Shown here piece after piece: positions 9,561 to 19,700 of a stretch of 64,000 nucleotides of DNA (position 1 is its first letter; every line of letters starts with the position of its first letter). The notes beneath the pieces were generated by a model. That model worked only from the letters and a program-made list of their open reading frames with translations. It searched no databases and had not been told where the DNA came from. Source of the DNA: a virus. Location of the stretch: positions 5,607 through 69,606 of the IMG/VR virus record IMGVR_UViG_3300006752_004097, one strand, 5' to 3'. A program made the translations under genes and the position numbers.

Positions 9561-10481
9561 TTAAAGTGTATTTGTGGTATTAAATGTTGGGGAAGTTAAA
9601 GAAACTCTTGACCCTGTAGGTAGTCTTTCGCCAACCACACTTTGTAGTGTACCTGTTACTGATTCATCTTGTGGGTTGAATGCACCATCGTTGTTTGTGT
9701 CATCACCAATGTCATCATCTCTGAATTGAATAGTAAATTGGATTGTTGTTGAATTTAACTCTTTTGCTTTGATGTTATAATCGTTTTCAGTATAAACGCC
9801 TGTACCATCTTTTTGGAATACAAGTTGATCAGTAGCAGTTAAATCAAAGTTACCAACGTTAAATGCTGTTCCTGGTGAACTTCCAACTGATGTACAGTTT
9901 TCTGATTTAAATAAAACTGTTCCCATGTTTGCTAACAATGAATTCCAGTCGTTGTTCTTACCATTTGAAGACGCTGGATCTAAATCAGCAGTAAATCTAA
10001 TTTCACCGCCTGCATTAAAAAAGTGTCTACGTGCATCTGCATTAGCAAAAGTTACTGTTGCAGTATGATCAACTATACCTGACCATGCAGTTGTTCTTGA
10101 TGTGTTTGTTTTGTTTGCTGTAATTGTGCTTTGTGAAGTATCAGCAGTATAAATTACGTCTTTGTTTGTTTCAATTAGAGTTGATAAGTCTTCGTATTGT
10201 AAGATACCTTTTGCAGTACCTGTGTCAGTTGCATCTTCTTCAATAACATCACCTGCTGATATTGACGCTAATGAATTAGGAACACTACCTACTTGGTGTA
10301 CTCTTGCATTAATTAAGTCAGTGTACAGTGTGGACATATGTCCTGAGTCGATAACAGTATCTGCCGCAACTTGCGAACTTGCTAAAGTTTGTCCGTATCC
10401 AAACTGTCCAGCACCATTGCCCATTATGTTTGCTACTGTCGATTGTAATGAGTTATATCTTGCCGCTGTAATTATAGCCAT
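9561..10481 (-). CDS. Virion structural protein
   Basis: Thr/Gly/Asn-rich, beta-type composition, located in the fibre operon. Confidence 0.55.
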   Translation of the reverse strand: MAIITAARYNSLQSTVANIMGNGAGQFGYGQTLASSQVAADTVIDSGHMSTLYTDLINARVHQVGSVPNSLASISAGDVIEEDATDTGTAKGILQYEDLSTLIETNKDVIYTADTSQSTITANKTNTSRTTAWSGIVDHTATVTFANADARRHFFNAGGEIRFTADLDPASSNGKNNDWNSLLANMGTVLFKSENCTSVGSSPGTAFNVGNFDLTATDQLVFQKDGTGVYTENDYNIKAKELNSTTIQFTIQFRDDDIGDDTNNDGAFNPQDESVTGTLQSVVGERLPTGSRVSLTSPTFNTTNTL

Positions 10482-10498
10482 TTCTTACTTCCTCTATT

Positions 10499-11977
10499 CT
10501 ATACTTTCAAGAATGTTTCTACTAATTTTTCTTCGTGTCTATCGTTTGATTCTAAAGCAATACCAATTAAATCGCCTTCGTCTGCTTTTTGTGCAGTACC
10601 GTTAGCACCTACGTATAGTTTGTCGCCTTTGCTAACAGGTCCCATAACTCTTACTGGAACTCTACCTTTAAGTGCAACTGCTTGTCCGTCTGCTTCTGCA
10701 TTCATTAAGTATGCTGGCTTAGTACTAATAACACCAATTGGCATGTCTGTCATTGGACACCAAGTTGCTTCACTACCTTCGTCAGTGCCTATTGTCATAA
10801 TAGTTCCTACTGGATACTGATCGTCTGTTGTGTATTTCTCTGCCAAGTCAGCATATTTTGCTGAACTTGCAATACCTTGGAAGTTATTAGCAAACAAGTC
10901 ACCGTTTGAATCTCTAACTGCAACTGTATCGTTAGTTGCTGATGTACTTGCTGTTCTATTGTTTGATCCAACAACCATTGCGTTTGCACTTGTTGCCGTA
11001 CCGTTAAATGTCGTTGCCCATATATTGCTAAATTTTAATGAACTTGAACCAATGTCAAAAGTTGTATTAGCACCTGGGAAAATACCCTCTGCTTTAAACT
11101 GTACTGGTTCTGTTGATTGTGCTGATGCATTATCAACTTTAAATCTAATTACAGTACCAACATCGTTACTAATAACTGCTTGGTTTCCGTTTTCAATTTT
11201 AACTGATAAGTCATTTGAGTCACCAACTGTATAACCTGCGTCTGCAAATCTTACAACTTCAGCAAATGAAGTTACTGCTCCTGGAACTGATACAACGTAT
11301 TCGCTTGCCGCTCTACCGCCTAATTTCTCTGCGTTAGTTGCTGTACCCCAGAATCTGTGTGCTGTTGAAGTAACACCTTGTTGTGCATTAGTAGTATTCT
11401 TTAAAGTCATACCCTGATGAACTACATCGAAACCTGTTATGGCATTGTTTGGGACAGTTGAGTCGATTGTAAAGTCAGAGGCACTTAATACCACTACTAC
11501 TTCATCATTGATTGTACCTTTAATTACTGTTCTTTGTACATTTGCAATGTCTGTTACTGAATCAGTTACAAATGATGTAACTGTAGAACCTTGTGACTGT
11601 GGACCAATTAGTACAAATCCTGCACCAGTGTTCGCATACAACTGATTGTTTGCGTTATCCCACCAAAAGTCACCTTCTGTTAGTCCTGATGGTTGACTTG
11701 CACTTACTTCTGCTCCACCAGTTGTTCTAAATTTTGTTCCGTCATAGAACTTTAATTTGCTCGTTCCCGAGTCAAACCAAAGTTGACCGCTAATTGCTCT
11801 GGATGGTGCATTCGCACTTGAGAAGTTCTCAAGCAAATGAACGAAGTTTTCGTTCTGAATTTCGCCATATCCAGCGTAGTTTTTACCAACAAGTTTAAGA
11901 TCAGTAGTTTGATTGACTGTGCCGTCTTCAACTACTGCAATCTGGCTACCGTCGGTTTTGTTAATAATGTATGCCAT
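10499..11977 (-). CDS. Tail fibre or baseplate-attached fibre protein
   Basis: N-terminal MAY..GKNYAGYGE..NENFVHLLENF..GQLWFD module. C-terminal YADLAEKY..VALKGRVPV chaperone-like domain. Confidence 0.7.
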   Translation of the reverse strand: MAYIINKTDGSQIAVVEDGTVNQTTDLKLVGKNYAGYGEIQNENFVHLLENFSSANAPSRAISGQLWFDSGTSKLKFYDGTKFRTTGGAEVSASQPSGLTEGDFWWDNANNQLYANTGAGFVLIGPQSQGSTVTSFVTDSVTDIANVQRTVIKGTINDEVVVVLSASDFTIDSTVPNNAITGFDVVHQGMTLKNTTNAQQGVTSTAHRFWGTATNAEKLGGRAASEYVVSVPGAVTSFAEVVRFADAGYTVGDSNDLSVKIENGNQAVISNDVGTVIRFKVDNASAQSTEPVQFKAEGIFPGANTTFDIGSSSLKFSNIWATTFNGTATSANAMVVGSNNRTASTSATNDTVAVRDSNGDLFANNFQGIASSAKYADLAEKYTTDDQYPVGTIMTIGTDEGSEATWCPMTDMPIGVISTKPAYLMNAEADGQAVALKGRVPVRVMGPVSKGDKLYVGANGTAQKADEGDLIGIALESNDRHEEKLVETFLKV

Positions 11978-12010
11978 AGTATATTACCCCTTCATTGTTA
12001 GTATTTATCG

Positions 12011-14095
12011 TTATACCGCAGAACTTACTCCGCTGGTATAAACCCAGGCACCACCAGTTACAGTACATGTTAATACGTATCTGTCAACTGTTAGTGAAAC
12101 CGATCCTGTTACGTCACTAAACTGTACATCTTTTAGTACGGTCTCGTTTTCCTGCCCTGTTTCTGTTACCCTCGATACACTCGCACTATCCGCTGTATAT
12201 GTACCAACTTCACTGCTTGTATCTAAGTTTATCTCTATTTCTGTTGAACTTACAATCCTATTAATAGCATATGTACCATTAATCGCTGTAACTCCCAATG
12301 CACCTGTAATTGTTACATTACGGCCTGCATCATAGCCATGAACTGCATCTAATGTTAAGATGGTTAATACACCTTTAGTAATAGACGCAACTGTTCTTGT
12401 TGCTACTGTAACTGTTTTATCAACTGCTACTGTAGTTTCATCTAATCCTGTATTCAATGCACTTGCTGTTAGTGTAGCACTTGCTGATGTTTGATCAGTT
12501 GCATGAATTTTTGCTTGTGTTCCGTTTACCTTTGTACTTGCTGGAACAATCTCTTCAAGTAGTGTAACAAGTTTAGCACCAAAGGCCGCTCCGCCTCCTG
12601 CGCCTGCATTGTAACCTAAGCCTGTAATGTTAAGTGCCATTGCAACGCCTTCGCCGTCAATAGCAGTATCTACATAATTTTTAGTTGCCGCATCTGTGCC
12701 TGCAACTGGCTCACCTAATCCTGAAATCTTATTAGTGTTAAGTATTTCAATAACACCTGTTGCTCCTTCAAGTTGTAGGTTACCTACTCCTGTTGAAACT
12801 TTTTGTCCGTCAACACTAACATTATCAACATCTAATGATGTAAGTGTTCCAAGTGTTTGCATTTGTGGAGCACTTGTAATTGTTCCTAATGTTGTACCTG
12901 ATATAACTGTGTTACCGTTAATCTTATAACCTGCTGTTGAGTCAAAAAATACATTTGATGTAAATGCGTTTGTTGCAAGTTTCCAAATAAATTCTTTATC
13001 GTCTGGTGTTGCTTTAACAATAATACCTGCATCATTAACATCTGCATCTGGTAATACTGTACTATCACTTGTAATAGCAAGTTCAATATTTTTATCTTTA
13101 ATTCTTAAGTTTTCAACATCTGTGCTAAAAGTGTCACCACTAACAGTTAAGTTACCGTCAATTTTAACATCGCCGCCAACGTCAAGTGTTGCTGTAGGTG
13201 TTCCTTTGAAAATACCTGCGTAACTATTTGTAGTATCAATTTTAATTGCTGAAGTTGCACCACTTGCTTTTCTTACTTGGATATCTAAATTTCTATCTCT
13301 AACTTGGTTTGCAATAACTGTTTGGTTTGCAACAATACCAATGTTAATATTATCTTCTGGTCCTACTGTAATACCACCATTGTTAATTGTACTAATAGTA
13401 CCATTTGAAGTTGCGTTAGCATCAGTAGGCATAAACTGTGATGCGTTTTTCTTAACGCCTTGTGCGTTAATAATTGTATCTGCTGAAGTTGCTGTTCCGT
13501 GAAACTTAAAGTCATCATCAATTACATTAATACCTTTTTCAACTGCGCCAACTATTCCTGTAATAGGATTTGCCGCATTAGGTGTAAATCTAATATTTGA
13601 AAGTATTGCTTCTTTTTGTCCGCCAACGTTTAAGTTAACAAGTGTTCTGTTTGACTGTGTTGTATCTAAAACTGTTTCAGTTGTAAAACCTGATGTTCCT
13701 TCTGATGTTGCAAAGTCAGGACCAACAAGTACTAAGTCTGTTCCGTCAAAGAAATATAACTTATTGTTTTGATTGTCAATCCAAAGATCGCCTGTAACCA
13801 TTTGTGGTTGTGTAGGACTTACAATTGGACCGCCTGCACTTTTAAATTGTGCGCCATCATATAATTTTAATCTTGCTTCGCCACTGTCATACCATAATTG
13901 ACCTGTAAGTGGATTTGCTGGTGCTTGTGTGTTAGTAAAGTTTTCAAGCATCTTAACAAAGTTTTCGTTAATGCTTTCGCCAAAGCCTGAATAGTTTCTA
14001 CCAACTAATGAAATATCAGTTGTTTGTGTGTTTAATTGTCCGTCAACTAAATTTACAAGTAAGTCGCCGTTTGTTTTATTAATCTGATACGCCAT
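12011..14095 (-). CDS. Tail fibre or baseplate-attached fibre protein
   Basis: Same N-terminal module (ENFVKMLENF, GQLWYD) and the DAATKNYVD fibre motif. Confidence 0.7.
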   Translation of the reverse strand: MAYQINKTNGDLLVNLVDGQLNTQTTDISLVGRNYSGFGESINENFVKMLENFTNTQAPANPLTGQLWYDSGEARLKLYDGAQFKSAGGPIVSPTQPQMVTGDLWIDNQNNKLYFFDGTDLVLVGPDFATSEGTSGFTTETVLDTTQSNRTLVNLNVGGQKEAILSNIRFTPNAANPITGIVGAVEKGINVIDDDFKFHGTATSADTIINAQGVKKNASQFMPTDANATSNGTISTINNGGITVGPEDNINIGIVANQTVIANQVRDRNLDIQVRKASGATSAIKIDTTNSYAGIFKGTPTATLDVGGDVKIDGNLTVSGDTFSTDVENLRIKDKNIELAITSDSTVLPDADVNDAGIIVKATPDDKEFIWKLATNAFTSNVFFDSTAGYKINGNTVISGTTLGTITSAPQMQTLGTLTSLDVDNVSVDGQKVSTGVGNLQLEGATGVIEILNTNKISGLGEPVAGTDAATKNYVDTAIDGEGVAMALNITGLGYNAGAGGGAAFGAKLVTLLEEIVPASTKVNGTQAKIHATDQTSASATLTASALNTGLDETTVAVDKTVTVATRTVASITKGVLTILTLDAVHGYDAGRNVTITGALGVTAINGTYAINRIVSSTEIEINLDTSSEVGTYTADSASVSRVTETGQENETVLKDVQFSDVTGSVSLTVDRYVLTCTVTGGAWVYTSGVSSAV

Positions 14096-16158
14096 TATTT
14101 CGCCCCCGCATAAATTAGATAGTTCATTGCCAAGTACGGATTCATTACATTAAAGTCTTGCCCGACTGCTGTATTGCTTACCACTCCTCCTGAGAATGGA
14201 AACTTTTGTCCTGCATCTGTACCTTGCGGTGCATCTGCTACTGTAGCATCACCATCTACTGGTGTACCTTGTACATCTCTTGTTGCGTAATATTGTGTAC
14301 CACTTGGTCCACGTAAATCATGTTCGTGTTCTGGTAGTTCATCAACTGCAATTGGTTTCTTCTCAACACCTGCTGTACCACCCATTGTATCAGCGTTTTC
14401 ATCTGTAACTCTGTTTGCTGGTCCTTGTGATGTTGCCATGTTGTCCATACCAAGTGGAAATCTACCACGTAAGTCTGGTAAAGCAAATTTACCTAATGCA
14501 GGATTTGCTTTGAATGATGTACCAATAATTTCATGTAGTTCTGGCCAATCAACAATAAACACTTCACTACCATCACATAGTAACCAACCGTTCAAGTCTA
14601 AGACTGATGTTGCACTACCCGCATATGGTGTAATCATTCCAATTGGGTTAACAGGTAAAGCACTAAACAAGTTACTTCTTGATAGTTTCTTAATACCTGT
14701 TCCACTACCGTTTTCATCGTTAACTCTGTTAACAAGGAATTCGTCATCAAATCTTGATGTTGGAACTGATGTTTTATTTGTAATGAATGTACTGTTAATA
14801 CTAATGTCAAAGTTTTTAACAAGTGTTGTTTCGCCTGGCGCACTATATTGTCCGTCAAAGATAACTGGCGGTGCTGTTACATCACCTGTAACTTGGAACG
14901 TTGTTCTTGAAGCAAGTTTATCTGAACTTCCTGAACGTCCTGTAACTGTTCCAGTTACGTTACCAACCAAGTTAGCCTTTACTGTGTTTGCATTAATTTC
15001 TGCAAACTTTAATGTTGTGCTACCAATATTAACTGAGTTTGTAGAATCTGGTAATACTGTACCACCTAATGTAGTTGTACCACCTACTTCTAAACTGTTT
15101 CCAATTCTTGCACTCTTGGCAATACCAATACCACCTGTTGTAGTAATTGCGCCTGTTCCAGTGTTAACTGCTTCTGCAATTCCATTAATAACAAGGTTGT
15201 TACTAACAATAGCATTACCTGTTACGTCTAATGCTTCTGCTGGTGATAAGTTGTTAATACCAACTTTTTGTGTTGAATCAATTCTTAATACAGGTTGTAA
15301 ATTTCCTGCGTTGTTAATACGTAAGTCAATGTTAGCGCCTGATGTATTATTTGAAATAATAGCATTCTGTCCTTCAATACCTATTTGAACAACAGCATCA
15401 CTACCAATGCTAACACCTGTGTTATTTTTAATTTGTAAACTTGAATTTGAAATACTTGCAACGTCACCTCTTAAAAAGTTTGATGCCGCTACTGTGGTTG
15501 CGCCTACAATTAAGTTTTCTGCTTTCTCTGATACACCATAGTATTTTCCTACGCCTGCACCTGTAATGTCTGCTGAACTTAAATTAAATCCTGGACTTAC
15601 TGTTTGAAATCCTTGAATAGTTGCTTTAGGAGTAAATGCACTTGTTGAATAAATTGCAACAACCTTACCGCCTATTTCAACTTGTAATGCTGTGTAATTA
15701 ATATTGTCAGTACCAGTTAGTGTAGTAGGTCTAACACCTGCCGCTAATCCGTCACTGAACTCTGGTCCTACTAAGATCCAACCTGAACCTGTAAACAAAT
15801 ATAACTGTTGGTTGTCTGTGTCTGTCCACAAGTCACCTGCTACTGAATTTGCTACGTCTGGTGCTGAGTCGCCACGCTTTAATCCGCCGGCTTCAATCCA
15901 GTTAGTACCATCGTAAATTTTAAGAATGTTAACACCAACTGCTGTGTCATACCATAGTTGGCCTTCAATTGGTCTATCTGGTGCTGTACTATTACTAAAG
16001 TTTTCTAATAGTTGTAAAAAGTTTTGTCCAATTAACGCACCGTAGTCTGTTGTAAATCTACCTGGAATTTGTAATGTAGTAGAAGTATCGGTGGTGTTAT
16101 CCTCGATAGCAATACTACCCTTATTCGTAATGTCGGTATAGTTAATAGTATATGCCAT
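14095..16158 (-). CDS. Short tail fibre-like protein with tail-collar domain
   Basis: Same N-terminal module. C-terminal PIGMITPYAG..GWLLCDG..FALPDLRGRFPLG..HEH..NPYLAMNYLI. Confidence 0.8.
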   Translation of the reverse strand: MAYTINYTDITNKGSIAIEDNTTDTSTTLQIPGRFTTDYGALIGQNFLQLLENFSNSTAPDRPIEGQLWYDTAVGVNILKIYDGTNWIEAGGLKRGDSAPDVANSVAGDLWTDTDNQQLYLFTGSGWILVGPEFSDGLAAGVRPTTLTGTDNINYTALQVEIGGKVVAIYSTSAFTPKATIQGFQTVSPGFNLSSADITGAGVGKYYGVSEKAENLIVGATTVAASNFLRGDVASISNSSLQIKNNTGVSIGSDAVVQIGIEGQNAIISNNTSGANIDLRINNAGNLQPVLRIDSTQKVGINNLSPAEALDVTGNAIVSNNLVINGIAEAVNTGTGAITTTGGIGIAKSARIGNSLEVGGTTTLGGTVLPDSTNSVNIGSTTLKFAEINANTVKANLVGNVTGTVTGRSGSSDKLASRTTFQVTGDVTAPPVIFDGQYSAPGETTLVKNFDISINSTFITNKTSVPTSRFDDEFLVNRVNDENGSGTGIKKLSRSNLFSALPVNPIGMITPYAGSATSVLDLNGWLLCDGSEVFIVDWPELHEIIGTSFKANPALGKFALPDLRGRFPLGMDNMATSQGPANRVTDENADTMGGTAGVEKKPIAVDELPEHEHDLRGPSGTQYYATRDVQGTPVDGDATVADAPQGTDAGQKFPFSGGVVSNTAVGQDFNVMNPYLAMNYLIYAGAK

Positions 16159-16161
16159 CTA

Positions 16162-16776
16162 TTATCCCTCGTTAAAACCAGTTAAACTTTGTACTCTAAC
16201 AGTATAATCAATTTGAATTAATCTGTTTAATGATTTTTGTACAGGATGGAAAACAACGTGTGTTAGTAATCTACCTGTTCCTGTTGGACTATAACTTACT
16301 AATCCTAACTCATCAAACACATACTGATTTTCAGTATCCGTTGCTGTATCGTTTGCTTCTTGACCATTTGGCTCACCGTAGTCTAACAAACACTGTACAA
16401 TAATGTCTGTGTAGTTAGTACCACTAACGTGCCTTGTTTCAATTTTGTTTCTATTAGGATCAACGTTGTTTACACTTTGATCATCAACAATTTTCTTGTA
16501 TGTTTGATTATATAAACTTGCGTTTGTACCTGTGCTATTTGGAGTTAGGTAAGTAATAATGCCTGTAGGATCAACACTTGTACCACCATTCCCAAACGCC
16601 ATTTCGTACACAAATCCTTGTCCTGCATTTGCAAGAGATTCTGCCAAAGCAATACTCATATTTTCATAGTGAATTGCATTGCGTTTATCAATGAAAACTT
16701 CTTTTGTTTCGGGGTTAAAGATCTTAATGTGACCTTGCACTAACACTCCGTTTTTGTCTAATATGTTATCTGTCAT
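16162..16776 (-). CDS. Putative baseplate structural protein
   Basis: 204-aa ORF between the wedge and fibre genes, preceded by ATAAATA at 16794-16800. Confidence 0.55.
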   Translation of the reverse strand: MTDNILDKNGVLVQGHIKIFNPETKEVFIDKRNAIHYENMSIALAESLANAGQGFVYEMAFGNGGTSVDPTGIITYLTPNSTGTNASLYNQTYKKIVDDQSVNNVDPNRNKIETRHVSGTNYTDIIVQCLLDYGEPNGQEANDTATDTENQYVFDELGLVSYSPTGTGRLLTHVVFHPVQKSLNRLIQIDYTVRVQSLTGFNEG

Positions 16777-16796
16777 TTATGTTTCCTACATTGTAT

Positions 16797-19700
16797 TTAT
16801 TTAGGTAAGTCAACCTCTTCAGCTCTTAAGAACTGTGCTATTGCATTTTTTGTCTTTCCTAACGTTTTTCCTGAATCATTCCAAGTTTTACCAACTTTTC
16901 TGACTACTGTTACCCTAACACCATCCGCTGGTGCTGTTATTAGTGTTAATATATTGCCAGAAACACTAAATTCTGCTGGTGCTGTAATATCGCCTTCTGG
17001 ACTGTCTTGAGCAACTGTTGCATCAAACATTGCAATATCACGTTTTCGTAGACGTTTACCGCCTGCGAACACTTCAAATTCGTCAACACCTTTAGTAGGT
17101 GTCCAATCTAATGAGTATTCTGTTGAACTTCCATCACCAATATACGTGTTAATTAGTGTTTTGTCCTGGTAAGGAACAGTTTGTTGGAAACCTTGATCAA
17201 AGATTTCATCACCTGTTTCGTGCATATCTTTAACTCCAGTACCAAATGTACCTCTACGTAACTGTGTTAAACTGTTACTATCCTTAACCATATACTCAAT
17301 ACGCTCACCATTAATGAAAATAACGCCTGGTGTATTTGTAGTTTTATCTGGAACAAACATACTATCTGGGTTATCTACTATAATTTCTTTATCAAATGGT
17401 TTGAGGTCTTGTACTAATCTATATTTATTATTATCTCCAAGACGTTTGTACACTGTTCTGTTAAGCATATCCTTAAATACTCTCCAACCAAACTTTTTAA
17501 CTGTTGGACCTGTTTCAGCGAACTGTATAATCTCAATAATATCATTTGCTGTTAATGGTTGTGCCATTCTTACAAATAAACGATCGTCTGTAACTTTGTA
17601 ATCAACACTTGGCGTTTGTAACTTGCCGTTAATAACAATCCAAACATATTCAGCATCAAGTGTTTGTCTTTCAAGTTTAATTAGACCTGCAAGTAAATGA
17701 TTGTATTCAATATCTGCCGCACTTTCAAAGTCAACAGTAGTTCTTGTAATAATATCGTAATTCTTACGATCAATCTCTTGTACATCGTGTTTACTAAAGT
17801 GTGTAACTTTGATTGTAGTATCTATTGCTGGTACAGTATCTAATGTTAGTATGTTGTCAGTAATTGTATAATCGCCATCTGTTGTTACAAATATATCAAG
17901 TTTGTCGCCTGCTTGTGCAACATTCTCAAAAATTTCAACACTTGAGTTAGCAGGACGGAAAATAAAGTCTGAAGTATATGTTAATGCATTACCGTTAAGC
18001 AATACAATAATATCATCAGCACCTAATGTACCGCCTGGTTGTTGCCAGTTACGTAATTGATATTCTACTCTGCTGTCAATAGTAAATGATTCGTTATAAC
18101 CTGCATTAAGAATATTATCGCCAACTCTTACAATTATATTATGACTTGCAGGTAAACTACTAAATGGTGTTGTGCTTAATTCATAACTTGCACTACTTCC
18201 ATCAGCAATCAAGTTATCTGTTTTAATTTCACTAAATGTTTGTGCTTCACTTGCATAAATTGCAAAGTTAATTACTGCGTCATTGCCAGGTGCTACACCA
18301 AATGTTATTGCAACTTTGTTTGCAGTATCATAAGAACTATCAGTTGTTTCTAAAACGTAATCAGGTTTTTCGCCGTCAACGGTTACAATACTATTTAAGT
18401 CTTCTCTCCAGTCAACACTTGTAACAAACTGTATTGTTGAACCATCACCTCGGAATTGGTCTAAGTCAAGAATCTTATCACCGTTACCACTCATTGAAAG
18501 TATATTAACTCTTTCGTTAAGTGCTGGTGCACTTGCCATTGTAATAGTTTTGTTTTTGTAATCAACTGTGTAAGTGGATTGTAATTTAATTATGTTATTA
18601 ACTTTTACTAACAATGCATCTTTAGACTGTGGTATGCCGTTATAAGCAAATACCGTAGTTGAATTATCGCCAACGTATGCAACACTTTCAATAACACTTG
18701 CGCCACTTCCAACCCTATCGTAAATTTTCATATCAAGAGTATCTAATACTTGTCCTGGAATTTGTTCTTCAGGACCTTTACTTGTTAACTGTGTTACAAA
18801 GCCGTCACCGTCAATGTTAATATCTTCTGGATTAATACCTGTTGCACTTGCATATGCTAAGTCGCCACCTTGTACTAATGTATCGTATGCTCTTGGATCA
18901 GGTACAAACGAACCGTCACTTGTATTTTTTCTAAATATTAATACATCGTCAGCACCCGGACTGTTAATACCGTTAATATCTAATCCATCATTGTCAAGGA
19001 AGATAGTTTGTGTTGTACCATCACCTGTTAGTGTTGTAGTCCTTGCGTTTGGATTAGTTGGATTGCTTGGATAATTCGGATCATCAATTCTTGTACCATT
19101 CAAGTAAACATTATATTCAACACCATTTTCTAATGGCTTAGAAAGTGTTACACTAATTGAACTTCCGTCTAAACGTATTACTTCATCTTCGTATGTATTA
19201 TCGTATGAATCATAAGCGCCTGTGAACCAACCTTCTGTTCCCCAACCAGAGCCGCCACCAAAGTCGAAACTCTTAACTTGAACGCCACCGTAATCAATAC
19301 CGTCCATTAACTGTCCAAGATCGTTTGCTAACTGTCCTGTAGTTGGATTGTAGAATAAGTTAATTCTATCTTGTGCAGTTAGTAATGAAATTTCTTTCTT
19401 ATAATCAATTGATATATTACTGTTATTAGCCGGAGGTGTTGTAAATGTTATTTGTCCTATGCTACGATTATGTGTTCTACCTACACTATCAGTAATATTT
19501 GAAACTGTATAACCACTTGGTAATACTTCAATACCGTCTACCATTACTGATACTTGATCGGATTTAACATCCATTGGCCATTTCAGTTTAAAGTTATACT
19601 TGCCACCTGTGCCTACAAACGTTTCTGTTTCTGCAAGTGTTGTAATAAAGAACGTTCCTGTTACTCTATCAAACTTAACAGTCATGTGTGTAGTTCTTAG

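Noticed and set aside
14438-15388. Long antisense ORFs (also 55929-56759, 48694-49359, 51882-52448 and many shorter ones)
   Set aside because: Shadow frames opposite well-supported genes, explained by codon bias and low-complexity sequence.
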